A DNA stretch of 59,719 nucleotides, taken from positions 20,996,157 through 21,055,875 of the forward strand of contig NC_057718.1 in assembly GCF_004010195.1 (NCBI RefSeq), in the 5' to 3' direction. The position numbers were made by a program, and so were the translations under genes. Source of the DNA: Chiloscyllium plagiosum (Eukaryota). Below the pieces are notes generated by a model. That model made no database searches. It saw only the letters and a program-made list of their open reading frames with translations, and was not told the origin of the DNA. This document shows positions 13,218 to 26,660 of this stretch, piece after piece (positions within the stretch are counted from its first letter, which is position 1; the number at the start of each line of letters is the position of its first letter).

Positions 13218-14649
13218 TAATAAAATCAAGTAGAGTTAGCATGGCTTCATGAAGTGAAAACTGTATCTGATAAATTTATCACATTTGTTTTGAGGCAATA
13301 ACAAGCAGGTTAAAGTGGATAAGTACTTTGAGGTTTCAAAACTGGAATTGGAGAAAGTACCACACATAAGACTACTTAATCAGATAAGAACCCATGTTAT
13401 TGGGGTGGGGGGGCAGTATATTAGCATTGTTGGAGGACTGGCTAAGGGATTCAAAGACAAAAAGTTGAGATAAAGGGGGCATTTTTAGGAATGAAACCTG
13501 TAACTCGCAGAGTGCCACAAGGATCAATGCTGAGGCCAGTATTATATATTATTATAGTATATTAGTATATATATTAAAGACTTGGATGACAGAAGTGAAT
13601 GTATTACCACGAAGTTTGCAGATGAAACAAACATAAGTGGGCAGGCAAATACTAAGGATGACACAAAGATCTGCAGAGGGACGTAGACAGGTCAAATGAG
13701 GGGGCAAAAAATTGGCAGATGGAATATAACGAGGGAAAATTTAAGATAATTTAAGGTATAAAGAATAGAAGAGTTATATATTTTTTATAAATGGAAAGAT
13801 TGCAGAAAGTGTCAGCACAGAAGCATGAGGGCTCCTACTGCATAAATTACAAAAAGCTAACTTCCAAGTTCAACAGATAATTAAGAAGGCAAATGGAACG
13901 TTAGCCTTTCTTTCAAAGGGAATGGAGTATAAAAATAGGGAGGCTTTGCAAAAACAATACAAGGCACTGGTCAGACCAGAATACTGTGAACTATTTTTGT
14001 TCCCATATCTGATGAAAGATACACTGGCATTGGAGATAGTCCAGAGAATGTTCACTAGGTTGAACTCTGTATAGAGGGACTTTCTTATGAGGAGAAGTTG
14101 AGTAGCTTGGACTTGTACTCATCGGAATTTAGGAGAATGAGGGATCATATTGAAACATAGAGTTTTAGGGATTTGAACAGGGTAGATACAGAGAGGTTGT
14201 TTCTCATTATGGGAGAGGCTAGGACCTGAAGACATGATCTCATGGGATATGGGTGTGGCAATATAGGTCAGTATTTTTTGTCCATCCCTTGAGAAAATTG
14301 TTCTGAGCTGCTTTCTTGAACTGATCGTTGCTGGAGCTGCACTCATTCAGGCAAGTGGGGAGTATTCCATCACACTCCTGCTATGTGCCCCTGTAGATGG
14401 TGGAGGAGTACTGGGGAACAGTAGAACAGTTACTCTCAACTGAATTTATAGCCTCTGACCTGCTTTGGTAGCCTTTTTTTTGTATAGCAAATCTGCACGC
14501 TAACGTTTTTATTAGTTATACATTCCTCGTCTAAAAGAGCATGAAAAACTGCAGGTCTCAGAGTGCTACCTTTTCTTGAGTTCAACTTGAGCTCCCTTCC
14601 TACGTTTCACAGTTATATATCCTCCACTGTCTTTTCACCACTTGCCATT

Positions 14650-16033
14650 CCCGTAACCAACCACCTGCAGTACTGCTACAACACTGACATCTACCCAACA
14701 ATGTGGAAAATTAGCCAGTTATGTCTTGCACAGAAAAAGCAGGTCAAATCCAACCTGTCCAATTAAATCCCCATCAGTCTACTCTCAATCATCAGCAAGG
14801 TGATGAAAAGTGTCATCGACAGTGCTATGAAGCAGCATCTGCTTAGCAACAATGTGTTCACTGATGGCCAATTTGGATTCCATCATGGTCACTCAGCTCC
14901 TGAACCCATTACAGCCTTGATTCAAACATGGATAAAACAGCTGAATTCCAGAGGGGGTATAAGAATAATGGTCCTTTACATCAAAGCCAAGTGTGGCATC
15001 AAGGAGTCCTACCAAAACAGGAATCAATGGGAATCAGGAGTCAAACATGGCACATGGGAAAATGGTTGTGACTGTTGGAAGTTAGTTACCTCAGCTCCAG
15101 GACATCTCTGCTGGAGTTCCTGCAGAGGCCCACACATCCTCAGTTGCTTCCATGACCCTCCCTCCAGCTTAAGGTCAGAAGTGGGATTGTTTACCAATGA
15201 TTGCTCAATGTTTAATACCATTTGTGACTCCTCAGATACTAAAGCAGTCCATGTTCAAATGCAACAGGATCTGAACAATATCCATGGTTGGGCTAACAAG
15301 TGGCAAATAACATTTGTCCCACAGATACCAGGTAATGGCCATCTCCAATAAGAGACAATCTAATCACCACCATTTGACATTTAATGCTGTTACCATCACT
15401 GAATCACCACTATCAACATCCTGGGGGCTGACCAATGACCAGAAACTCAACTGGACTTGCCATATAAATACAGAGGCTACAAGAGCAAGCTGAGGCGAGG
15501 AATACTTCCAACTTTCCAAAGCATGTCCACATCTACTGCTCACTTGCCTGAATGAGTGCATCTCTAATAACACTCAAAAAGCTGGACTTCATCCAATACA
15601 AAACAGTGGGCTTGTTTGGCACCACATCCACAAGCATCCACTCCCTCCACCAACAACAATCAGTAACAGAAGTGTATACTACCTACAAGACGCACTGCAG
15701 AAATTCACCAAAGATCCTGAGACAGTACTTTCCAAAACCCATGACCACTTCCATCTAGAAGGACAAGGGCAGCAAAGACCTGCGAACACGTGCTAGTTCC
15801 CGCCCAAACCACTCACCGTTCTCAGATGGAAATAAAACACCATTCCTTCACTGTCTCTGGATCAAAATCCTGCAATTCACTACCTCAGGGCATTGTGGGT
15901 CTCCCTACAGCACATGGACTACAGCAGTTCAAGAAGGCAGCCCAGCACTACCTTCTCAAGGGCAACTAGAGACAGGCAATAAATACTGACCAGCCAGTGA
16001 TGAATGCCCACATCTCAAGAATGAATTAAAAAT
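14650..16033 (+). mobile_element. L2/CR1-like LINE family B, RT plus 3' tail
   Basis: ORF 14800-15351 contains QFGFHHGHS and LFTNDC RT-like motifs. Tail CTTCTCAAGGGCAACTAG...GAATGAATTAAAAA. Confidence 0.8.
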
Positions 16034-16104
16034 AAAGCCCACTTAAAATGTTGCCTTTGGTTATATTTACACTTGTATAATGTTCTTCTTTTTCATTTTG
16101 ACTT

Positions 16105-17348
16105 AAAGTGCATCAAAAAACCCTAGCAAATCTCGCGTCAATGGAAATTTGGGGGAAAATTCCACTGTTGAAGTCATATCTCGTGCAAAGCAAGATAGTT
16201 GTGGTTGTTGGAGGTTTATCATCTCAACTCCAGGGCATATCCGCAGGAGTTCTTCAGGGAAATGTCCCACACCTCACCATTTTCAGCTGCTTTGTCAGTG
16301 ACCTCCCCTCTATTATACGATTAGAAATGGGGATGTCCGCTATGATTACCCAATGTTCAGCAACATTCACCACTTCTCAGATACCAGGTCAAAAGGCAGC
16401 AAGACCTGGACAAATTCCAGGTTTTGGTTAACAAGTGGCAAGGAACAATCACATTACATAAATGCCAGGGAATGACCATCTCCAATAAGAAAGAAGTTAA
16501 CCATGCCCCTTAATACTAATTTAATTGGTACCCTCACTGAATCCTTCCCCATCCCTAGTCAATCAACATTCTGAGGGTTACCATTGATCAGAAATGAAAC
16601 TGGTCTAGCCATCTAAATACAGTTGGACCAAAAACAGGTCAGAGGCTATGAACCCTGCAGTGAGTAACTCACCTCCTGAATCCCCAAAGCCTGTTCACCA
16701 TCGACATGGCACAAGTCTGTAGTGCAATGGAATATTCTCCACTGTACTGAATTAGTGCAGCTCCAATAACACTCAAGAAACTTGATGTCACACAGGACAA
16801 AGCAGCCTACCTGACTGGCATTGAATCCAGCAACACTCACTTCCTCTACCACTGACACAGTAGTAGAGCGCATACTATCTACAAAATGCACTGCAGAAAT
16901 TCACCAACGTTCTTTTTAACCCATAACAGAACTGAGGAAGGATCACTGGACCTGAAACAGTAACTCTGATTTCTCTGCACAGATGCTGCCAGACCTGTTG
17001 AACTTTTTCAGAAATTTCTGTTTTGGTTTCTGATTCACAGTATCCACAATACTTTTAGTTTTTCTTTTCAACCCATGACCAATTCCATCTAGGAGGACAG
17101 GTGCAGCAGATGCACGGTAGCACCACCACCTGCAGGTTCTCTCCAACCTACTCACTGTCGTCGGCCTTGGGGAAATATATTACTGTCCCTTCAGTATTCT
17201 GGCCCAAAATCATCCAACTCCTTTCCTATCACCATTGAGAGTGCACCTACACTATTTGATCTGCAGTGGATCAAGAAGGGCCACTCATCACCACTTTATC
17301 AAGGGCAGCTAGGGATGGATGGCAGCCACATCCCATGAATGAATATAA
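16105..17348 (+). mobile_element. Second family-B LINE 3' fragment
   Basis: AGVLQGNV RT motif. Collinear with 15000-16033 and has the same tail. Interrupted at ~16925-17070. Confidence 0.78.
16925..17070 (+). mobile_element. PLE-type tail (family D) beginning with a degenerate hammerhead
   Basis: CTGAGGA (16932-16938), AGGATC-ACTG-GACCT stem, GAAAC (16954-16958). Tail homologous to 26462-26590 and 39752-39880. Confidence 0.6.
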
Positions 17349-17460
17349 AGTAGTTTGAAAAATTGCAATTTCCTTTCTTGTTACTCATTTCCATAATGCA
17401 TTATTCCTAAATTTGTATGTCTAAATCTATCATATAAACATAAATATGCATATGTACTTC

Positions 17461-17781
17461 ATAGAATAGAATCCCTACAGTGTGGAAACAGGCCATGTGG
17501 CCCAAAAAGTCCACACCAATCCCCTGAAGAACCGTTCAGTGTGTAATCCACCCAGACCCATCCCTTACCCTATTACTCCACATTTTCCCTGACTAATACA
17601 CCTAACCTACACATCATGGGCAATTCACCTAACCTGCACATCTTTGGATTGTGGGAGGAAACTGGAGCACCCAGAGGAAACCCATGCAGTCACAGGGGGA
17701 ATGTGCAAACTCCGCACAGACAGTTGGAATCGAACCAGAGTCCGTTGCACTGTGAGGCAGTTGTGCTAACTACTGAGCCAC
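17461..17781 (-). mobile_element. HE1-type SINE, older subfamily
   Basis: V-domain and CCCTACAGTGTGGAAACAGG tail; more diverged than the copy at 4071. Confidence 0.85.
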
Positions 17782-18114
17782 AGGACTACCCAAATATATG
17801 TACATATAAGTATATAATATATTAGACCAATGTTTACTATGTCAAATGATTTTTAATGATCGACATTAACCTCATCCACTGCACTTCCTTTAACCAAGAG
17901 CCTGTGCTTATTTCTTTAAAAATCTATCAAAGACCGTTTAAAAATTGATACTGAATAACCTTCATTGACTTGTTATTCCAGAGCTTAACAATTTTGTTCA
18001 GTATTTTAGATTCTGATAATTTAGCAACAATATATTTCAGGTTAACTGGCCTCTAATTTCCTGGTTTAAATGACAAATTACCGGAGCATGAGGAAGGAAT
18101 AAAAATTGACTTAC

Positions 18115-18167
18115 CACATTCTCCTGGACTTGGCAGTTCGATACGGAAATGCTGAGAGATAGATCTT
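18115..18167 (-). CDS. PRKD3: PRKD3 internal exon, PH-kinase linker ((K)DLSLSISVSNCQVQENV)
   Basis: 53 nt, cag acceptor and gtaagt donor. Its first 2 nt complete the codon left open by the 277-nt exon. Matches the PKD linker SISVSNCQxQENV. Confidence 0.95.
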
Positions 18168-18277
18168 CTGTGGAAAGAATGACAATGAAAAAAGTTGCAT
18201 TAAGATTATTCAGCAGCAGAATTACTCTTTGTATCAAAAGGATTATTCAAACTACTGACCCTCTATTACGTAATGTT

Positions 18278-19406
18278 ACATAAGGTTCCCCATGGTAGGC
18301 TCATTCAGAAGGTCAGGAGGAATGGGATACAAGAGAACTTAGCTGTCTGGATACAGAATTGACTGGCCAGCAGAAGACAGCGAGTGGTAGTAGAAGGAAA
18401 ATATTCTGCCTGGAAGTCTGTGGTGAGTGGTGTTCCACAGGGCTCTGTCCTTGGGCCACTACTGTTTGTAATTTATATTAATGACTTGGGTGAGAGGATT
18501 GAAGGATGGGTCAGCAAGTTTGCAGACGACACAAAGGTTGGAGGTGTCGTTAACAGTATAGAGGGCTGTTGTAGGCTGCAGCGGGACATTGACAGGACGC
18601 AGAGATGGGCTGACAGGTGGCAGATGGAGATCAACCTGGATAAATGCGAGGTGATGCATTTTGGAAGGTCAAATTTGAAAGCTGAATACAGGATTAAGGA
18701 TAGGATTCTTGGCAGTGTGGAGGAACAGAGGGATCTTGGTGTGAAGGTACATAGATCCCTTAAAACGGCCACCCAAGTAGACAGGGTTGTTAAGAAAGCA
18801 TATGGTGTTTTGGCTTTCATTAACAGGGGGATTGAGTTTAAGAGTCGTGAGATCTTGTTGCAGCTCTATAAAACTTTGGTTAGACCGCACTTGGAATACT
18901 GCGTCCAATTCTGGTTGCCCTATTATAGGAAAGATGCGGATGCTTTGGAGAGGGTTCAGAGGAGATTTACCAGGATGCTGCCTGGACTGGAGGGCTTATC
19001 TTATGAAGAGAGGTTGACTGAGCTCGGACTTTTTTCATTGGAGAAGAGGAGGAGGAGAGGGGACCTAATTGAGGTATACAAGATACTGAGAGGCATAGAT
19101 AGAGTCGATAGCCAGCAACTATTTCCCAGGGCAGAAATGACTAACACGAGGGATCATAGTTTTAAGCTGGTTGGAGGAAAGTATAGAGGGGATGTCAAAG
19201 GCGGGTTCTTTACACAGAGAGTTGTGGGAGCATAGAATGCGTTGCCAGCAGCAGTTGTGGAAGCAAGGTCATTGGGGACATTTAAGAGACTACTGGACGT
19301 GCATATGGTCACAGACATTTGAGTGTGCATACATGCGAATCAGTGGTCGGCACATCATGGGTTGAAGGGCCTATTCTGTGCTGTACTGTTCTATGTTCTA
19401 TGTTCT
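18278..19406 (+). mobile_element. Young 5'-truncated CR1 LINE
   Basis: Uninterrupted 283-aa ORF 18384-19235 (SGVPQGSVLGP, KFADDTK, LVRPHLEYCVQFW). Intact (TTCTATG)n tail. Confidence 0.93.
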
Positions 19407-21862
19407 CTCTATAAATTGTACAGGACACAAACAGACCATTTGGCCCAACCATTCTAAGGTTGTTGTAGGTCTCTCACAAGCATTCATCCACCTGATTTTG
19501 TCTTGCATTGCATTCTCTTGCTTTCTTGTATGTTTACCGAGCTTACTTGAATATATATGCTCTTGACTCTCTATATCACAACATAACTTCTTCCAGTGAT
19601 GCAATTGTAACTGAATAAGCACAAATTATTCTTCATGTAAGATGGCTGACCCAACATGGCCACTACTAGATAGCAGTTGTTCAAATTGTTATTCCAATCT
19701 AATAATGTATTACGATATGGAAAGCAGAAGACAGATCTTTTTCTTATACTTCAGTATAGATAATTTCTCAGGGTCTATTAGGCTGTTTCACAGCATTTAC
19801 ACTTGTACAAAGAAATAACTGTGAATAAGTTACCTGAAAGACTGATTTACAATTTGTACAAAACTACACATGGTATAAGTTCAATGCAGTAAAGATTAAG
19901 GGAGGATAGAACCTATGTACATATGAATTTAGAGGAGAAGGCCATTCAAGTCACTCTGCTGCCATCTGCTCTAATTGTGGCCTCTATTTCCTTGTTTATC
20001 CTCTTTACCCTTTGTTCCTAGTCAGTCAGTCTAATTAAGTTTACAATCCATAAACTGGCTAATAGGGTGGGGAGAGATGTGTAGTTTACAAGTTTGTCAG
20101 GAGAGCTAGAAAGGAACAAAAAGATAGTTGAAATGAAAGTGGGTCATTTGACCCAGAAGTGGCTCCATAATTATATCAGTGACAGAATTTCCTTTTAATT
20201 CCAATTTCTTGACCTTTACCATATTGCTTAATATTTTTATTTCCCAAGTAAACAAGTCTCTCTTGCTCTTATATGGATTCTAATCTATTGTACATGTTGT
20301 CTACTAAGAATTAATTTTCCAGTACTGGTACTGGACATCAAATCCAGTGAATACACCCCTTCTGATCTAATATAAGGTTATTAAAAAAAATTAAAAATAT
20401 CTGAAAGGCAGGTCATAAAGAAAGCAGCTAAAGGTTAGGCCTAGTACACCAGCTTGAAGAATACTTGCAGTGATGCCCTAGATTTAAGATGAATGATTTC
20501 CAACAACCACAACTATCTTCTCTAGAGCGAGGCAAGACTGCAACCTGTGGAGAGTATTCCCTTTGAATCCATCAACTTTGTATTGTGAGGATGTCTTGAT
20601 GCCACACTTGGTCGAGTGCTGCATTGATGTCAAGAGCAGCCACTCTCACCTCCTCTCTGGATTCAGCAATTTTATCCGTGTTTGAACTAAAGCTTTAATG
20701 AGGGTAGAACTCAAACTGAACATCCCTTACAAATAGCACCACTGTCGACTAATTTCATTACTTTACTCAAAATTGAGTTGTAGCAAGTGTATGGATTTTT
20801 GGAAAGCTTTTGATTAAGTCCTACATAAGAGGTTCGTGTGTTAGATCAAAATACATTGGAACTTATGGTAATATACTGGCACTGAAAATTCGTAAGCAGA
20901 CAGGAAACAGACAATAGGAATACACAGGTCTTCTACAGATTGGAAAGTGGTAAGGTATTGCAAGGATCAATGCTTGGGCCCAGGTGTCACCAATCACTCA
21001 CTAATGAGTATGCTTGTCTATCCAGGAAATTCTATGCCACTGGCCATGGGTTCTGTATCCCTTTGCATGGTTGATGAGCCCAATCCTAGAGCCACATCTC
21101 CACCACACATTTGGCAGTTGTTTCCAGGAGGTGGAACTGGTCGTTGGTCTCGGGATCACTGACACTCTTTTCTTTGGTTCCTTTTCCACAGTTCCTCTTG
21201 GATTTTCTCAAAGAATTGTGTCCCTTCATACAGAAGTTCCTACAATCAGTTTCTTCTGAAGAGAGTCTCCCATGCATTGAAATTTATGCTACAGTTATTA
21301 AGGGAGGCCTTCAGGAATCTTTGAAATGCCTCCTTTGTCCTTCTCACATATGAGTGCCTTCCTTGAGCGAGACGAAGATGATCTGTTTCAGCAGTCAGAA
21401 CCTAGGCATCCTAAGCATGTGGCTGGTCCATCAGAGTTGGTTTTGAATGATTGTGGCCACGATGCTAGTGCTATTGGCTCCTGGAAGGGCACTGATGCTC
21501 GAATGTCTGCCCTCCTAGCTGATGCAGACAATGTTGCTCAGACAGTGTTGATGGTCCTTTTCAAGTACCACCTACAAGTTGCACTGCAGAAATTCACAAA
21601 AACTTCTTAGACAGAACCATCCAAACCCACACCACTTCCATGTAGAAGGACAAGGGTAGCACATACATGGGAACACCACCACCTTCAAGTTCCCCTCCAA
21701 GCCAGTCTTCATCCTGACTTGGAAATATATTGCCATTCTTTCACTGTCGCTAGGTCAAATTCCTGAAATTCCCTCCCTAATGGCACTGTGGCTCAATCCA
21801 CAGCAGGTGGACTGCAACAGTTCAAGAAGGCAGCTCACCACCATCTTCTCAAGGGCAACCAG

Positions 21863-22715
21863 AACATAGAACATTCCAGCGCAGTACAGTTTCTTTGGCC
21901 TTCGATGTTACGCTAACCTGTGAAACCAATCTGAAAGCCCATCTAACCTACACTATTCCATTATTATCCATATGTTTATCCAATGACCATTTAAATACCC
22001 TTAAAGCTGTCGAATCTACTACTAGATTAGATTAGATTAGATTACAGTGTGGAAACAGGCCCTTCGGCCCAACAAGTCCACACCGACCCGCCGAAGCGCA
22101 ACCCACCCATACCCCTACATTTAGCCATTACCTAACACTACGGGCAATTTAACATGGTCAATTCACCTGACCTGCACATCTTTGGATTGTGGGAGGAAAC
22201 CGGAGCACCCGGAGGAAACCCACGCAGACACGGGGAGAATGTGCAAACTCCACACAGTCAGTCACCTGAGGCGGGAATTGAACCCGGGTCTCAGGCGCTG
22301 TGAGGCAGCAGTGCTAACCACTGCGCCACTGTGCCGCCCTACTGTTGCAGGCTGGGCATTCCATGTCCTTACTGCTCTCTGTGTAAAGAACCTATCTCTG
22401 ACATCTATCCGTATCTATCACCCCTCAATTTAAAGCTATGCCCCCTTGTGCTAGCCATCACCATCTGAGGAAAAAAGGCCATCACTGTCCACCCTATTCA
22501 ATCCTCTGATCACCTTGTATGTCTCTATTAAATCACCTCTTAATCTTCTTCTCTCTAATGAAAACATGCATTGAAAACAGCCTCAAGTCCCTCAGCCATT
22601 CCTCATAAGAGCTTCCCTCTATACCAGGCAACATTCTGGTAAATCTCCCCTGCACCCTTCCCAATGATTCCACATCCTTCTTAGAATGTGACAAGCAGTA
22701 CTGTGCATAATACTC
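21863..22715 (-). mobile_element. CR1 LINE 3' fragment containing an HE1 SINE
   Basis: ORF 22533-22718 (RVQGRFTRMLPG). Tail AACATAGAAC at the left end. Confidence 0.82.
22024..22338 (-). mobile_element. HE1 SINE, full length, young
   Basis: (AGATT)n tail, complete head ending GTGCCGCC, CTACT duplicated on both sides. Confidence 0.92.
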
Positions 22716-23281
22716 CAACTAGGTCAATAAATGCTGGTCCAGCCAACGACACGCATATCCCACAAAATGAATAAAGTTTTTAAAAATCTATACGTAGTCC
22801 AAGTTTTGGAACCATATAGAAGAGTTGGAGGGATGACTGCTTTATACATAAGGATCCTCTTATCAACTTGGATGTACAGGGCTACAGGTATTCACAGTAC
22901 ATATCAACAATTTGAATGAGGGAACTAAATACTATATTTCCAAGTTTGCTGACAACACAAAATTAGGTGGGATTATGAAAGGTGAGGAGGATTGAAGAGC
23001 CTTCAAGGTGATTCAGACAAGTTGAATAAATAGATAAGCGCATGGCAGGTGTAGTGTAACATGGATAAATGTGAAGTTGTCCACTTCGATAGCAAAAACA
23101 GAATGGCAAAGTTGAATGGTGACTGAAATATGTCCTAATAGACCAGTCACTGAAATTAAGCGTATGGATGCAGTCATCAATTAGGAAAGCAAATGGTATG
23201 TTGGCCTTCACTACATAAAGGTTGGCAGACAGCAGCAAGTAAGACCTACTGCAGCTTTACAGCGCCTTGATGAGACCACAT

Positions 23282-23599
23282 TAGATTAGATTAGATTACT
23301 TAGTGTGGAAACAGGCCCTTTGGCCAACAAGTCCACACCGACCCGCCGAAGCGCAACCCACCCAGACCCATTACCCTACATTTACCCCTTCACCTAACAC
23401 TACGGGCAATTTAGCATGGCCAATTCACCGAACCTGCACATCTTTGGACTGTGGGAGGAAACCGGAGCACGCGGAGGAAACCCACGCAGACACGGGGAGA
23501 ATGTGCAAACTCCACACAGAGAGTCGCCTGAGGCGGGAATTGAACCTGGGTCTATGGCGCTGTGAGGCAGCAGTGCTAACTACTGTGCCACCATGCCGC
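23282..23599 (-). mobile_element. HE1 SINE, full length
   Basis: CCACAT duplicated at 23276-23281 and 23600-23605; splits the CR1 RPHLE motif. Confidence 0.92.
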
Positions 23600-26461
23600 C
23601 CACATCTGGAGCACTATATGCGGTTTTGGTCTCGTTGTCTAAGAAAACATATACTTGCCATAGCAGGAATGCATCAAGATTACACCAGACCTATTCCTGG
23701 GATGGCAGGTTTATTATTGGAGGATATTGGGTTGACTGGACCTATACCTACTTGAGTTTAGAAGAATGAGAGGGGATCTCATTGAAACATAAAAAATTCT
23801 GATGGGGCTGGACAAGCTAGAGGCAGGAATGATCCAAAACAAGGATTATTCAGTTTGAGACAAGGAGTAATTTCATCATTTACACGGTGGCTAACTTGTG
23901 GAATTCTACCACAGTAGAAGCTGTAATTGAATGAGTTTAAGAAAGAAGCAGATAGATTTGTAGAGCTTCAAGATGTCAAGAGGTTTAGGGATAATGCAGG
24001 AGTATGGGGTTAAGATAAAACATCAGCCATGATCATGCTGAATGGTACAGCAGGCCCAATGGGCTGACTGGCCGACTGCTGCTCCTATTTTCTATGCCTT
24101 CAGACTGATAGGGAGATTATTGACTGGGTTGGGATTTCCAGTTTTTTGTGCACAGGATGTATCTGGGCAATTTTCCACATTGTCAGTTTGATACAGTGTT
24201 CTACCACTGTACTAGAACAACTTACTTATGGGCACAACTATTTGCAAAGCCCAAGCCTACAAAATGACTGCCAGAGTATTATCAAGAATCATAAGTTTTG
24301 CTTTATCCAGTGACTTCAGCCATTTGTTCAGACCAAATGGGCTGAAACCAACTTTTTTGAAGATTGCCACTTCTGGTACTGAGGACCTCAGGAGGAGGCC
24401 GAGATTGGTCACCCGCATGTCACTGCTGGATGATGATGAATGCAAATGCTAGAACCCTGTCTTTTGTACTGATGCAATGGGTTTCCATTAAAGTCGGAGA
24501 ATTTATGGAGCCTCCACCTCCTGTTAGTTGTTTAGCTATCTGCCACCATTCATGACTGCATGTAGCAGGACTACAGAACTTAGATCAATTAGTTGCAGTT
24601 ATCACTTAGCCTATTATCAACTATTACATTTCAAAGTGAGGAACAATATTTAAATTGCTAATTAAAATCGGAGGTGTGAAATGCAGTTAAAAAAGACCAG
24701 CGACTACCTGGTTAAAACATTCCAGCTATGTGACAGAACTGGATTCACTGTGGCCATATTGGTCTGTGGAAGGTGTTTTTAGGGTGATGGCATTTTGTTT
24801 GTAGAAGTGTGTTAGTTAATTTGTAAACTATTTTTGCTGTGAACATTCCTGTTGTCTTATGCCAAATTAAATACACTAGTGTTTAAGAAATTAAAGCTTT
24901 CCTTGTGCACTGTAGCTTTAAGTTTAATGGAGATTTCATAATTATTGAAGATATTGATGATTTTTTTCTAACTTTGCTGTTGTACATGTTCAAATCTCCC
25001 ACATCAGCACAAATACAAATACAGTATTTGTCCCTGCTTGACTGCACTAAATAAATCAGTGAGAAAGAAAAATCTCAGGAAACCAATAAAACACCCAAAA
25101 TATCAAAAGTTAGCCTATGAGTTAAGACCTCTCAAAAACCTTGTGCTAAGGACAGTAGTGTCAGAATGCCAAGTCTTTATAGTCAATGGTAATGTACACG
25201 TTACGGCTATCTGGAAGATTTGGCGTTTTCATTCTTTGCTAAATCTAGATACATATAAAAAATCAAAACCTTGAATCTCATTGATTACTGAAACATATTT
25301 AGTTCAAAATTGCCTGAAAATGTCCTTTTTATCTATTTTCTCTGCCTTTAAATTTCCAATCATATTCTTACCACTCAACTATCTGTCTCAAATTCCATGT
25401 TCTTCAACTTTAAACAACAAATTCTTGAATAGAACTGTATCACAATCCATCTGAAAATTTAAACGTGATATCAATTGATCTTCCTCTGTTTACCATCTCA
25501 GTGATCAAAGTACTTTGCTAGGTTAGACAGTCAAAACAGTTTTATAAATCTATGTTGACTCTCTAATTATATGCTTCCACAACACTGCTTTTTTACAATG
25601 GATTCAAGCAACTTCTCCACTGCTGACATTAAGTTTATTGGTCTGTAATTATTTAGTTTGTCCTTTACTTCAGTTCTGGAAAACATCCACATTTGAAAAA
25701 AATGATCACTGAAGTTGATTGGAGGTTAGACTGTATTCCGATTTTCTATTGAACTTTACTGCACTATGCAAATAAAAGTCAAATTTTGCTGCTCTTGCTT
25801 ATTTCCTGGTAGATGGTTCTTTCGTGGTTTTGACAGTTCTGGAAGGAAGATATTAAATGTTTTTTTTTTGGGTGGGGGAAATAGGGCGTGTTAACGTAAA
25901 AGCAGGAAAACAAAAATAAAAATGGGTGTGAGATAGAAAATGAAGTTTTCTTTTAAAAAAAATTAACTGAATCAAGATTAAAAGCAGTTTTTTTAGAATC
26001 AATCCTTCGTAAAATATATGTTATTCTAGCATTTTTGTAAATTTTAAAAGTAGTTTGCTAAAATTATGAACACATGCACCCCCCCACCCTTCCAGTTTAA
26101 CAAGTCCCAAATTATATTTTAATAGACTCTTAAAAGAAATCAAAGGCCAGCCTCTTATTTTCAACTAATTTTAGGAAGGAGTAAGCATTGGTATTATGAC
26201 AAGTTAATAACAACCTTTCTAAAACAGCTTTTAGCTGCAATGAATTGATCTTGATAAGTGTGTGGGATATTACACTAATCGCAAAGTATCAAGTTCCCAG
26301 TGAGTCTTTGCGAACCACAGTGACATTGCACACCAATACTACTTTTTAAATAAATTTCATGGATGATTCTATTATGTTCTTTCATAATAGACAGAGTGAG
26401 CATTGCTTGGAGGCTGCTTCTCTTCTATGATTTCTTATAAAGTGAATTACTGATAAAATCT

Positions 26462-26660
26462 AAAGCAAAGAACTGCATATGCTGGAGATCTAAAAAAAGA
26501 CAAAAACAGAAATTGTTGGAGAAACTCAGCAGGTCCAGCAGCATCACTTGAGAGAAAACAAAGTTAATAAGTCCAGTGACTTCTTCAGAACATTAGCTCT
26601 ATTTTCTCTCCAGGTGTTGACAGAGCTGCTGAGTTTCTCCTGAAATTTCTGCATTTGTTT
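26462..26660. mobile_element. Inverted pair of family-D PLE-type tails
   Basis: Arms ~26507-26568 and ~26592-26651 are imperfect reverse complements. The centre has TCTTCAG (CTGAAGA on the minus strand). Confidence 0.65.

Larger units (their letters stand above)
10860..14235 (+). mobile_element. Long decayed CR1 LINE spanning endonuclease to RT, interrupted by two PLE insertions
   Basis: AIT-TWLQ APE motif at ~10912, RVPQGSML and KFADET RT motifs at ~13510-13630, many stops and frameshifts. Confidence 0.82.
21569..22786 (+). mobile_element. Family-B LINE 3' tail, split by a CR1
   Basis: 21569-21862 matches 15680-15970. The tail resumes at ~22716 (CAATAAATGCTGGTCCAGCC...GAATAAA). Confidence 0.75.
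20986..22884 (-). mobile_element. RTE-clade LINE 3' fragment split by later insertions
   Basis: YKAVIPPTLLYGSKTWTTY at ~22790-22850; QLxWTSHMLRMP; C-terminal RCGSRIGLINH zinc-knuckle-like motif. CAGGT duplicated at 20981-20985 and 22885-22889. Confidence 0.75.
20779..24100 (+). mobile_element. CR1 LINE split by an RTE insertion (20986-22884) and an HE1 insertion (23282-23599)
   Basis: QGSMLGPQ at ~20960-20983 resumes as VFTVHINNL at ~22888. CR1 tail ends at ~24100. Confidence 0.8.
20470..24610 (-). mobile_element. Family-B LINE fragment (20470-20778 and 24101-24610), outer layer of a nested cluster
   Basis: Reverse complements of the two halves join at ATCAGTCT|CTCAAT, as in the + copy at ~14773-14790. 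Confidence 0.65.

Noticed and set aside
18384..19235. Longest ORF (283 aa) as a host gene
   Set aside because: It is the RT C-terminal part of a truncated CR1 LINE, bounded by nonsense changes and followed by the CR1 tail.
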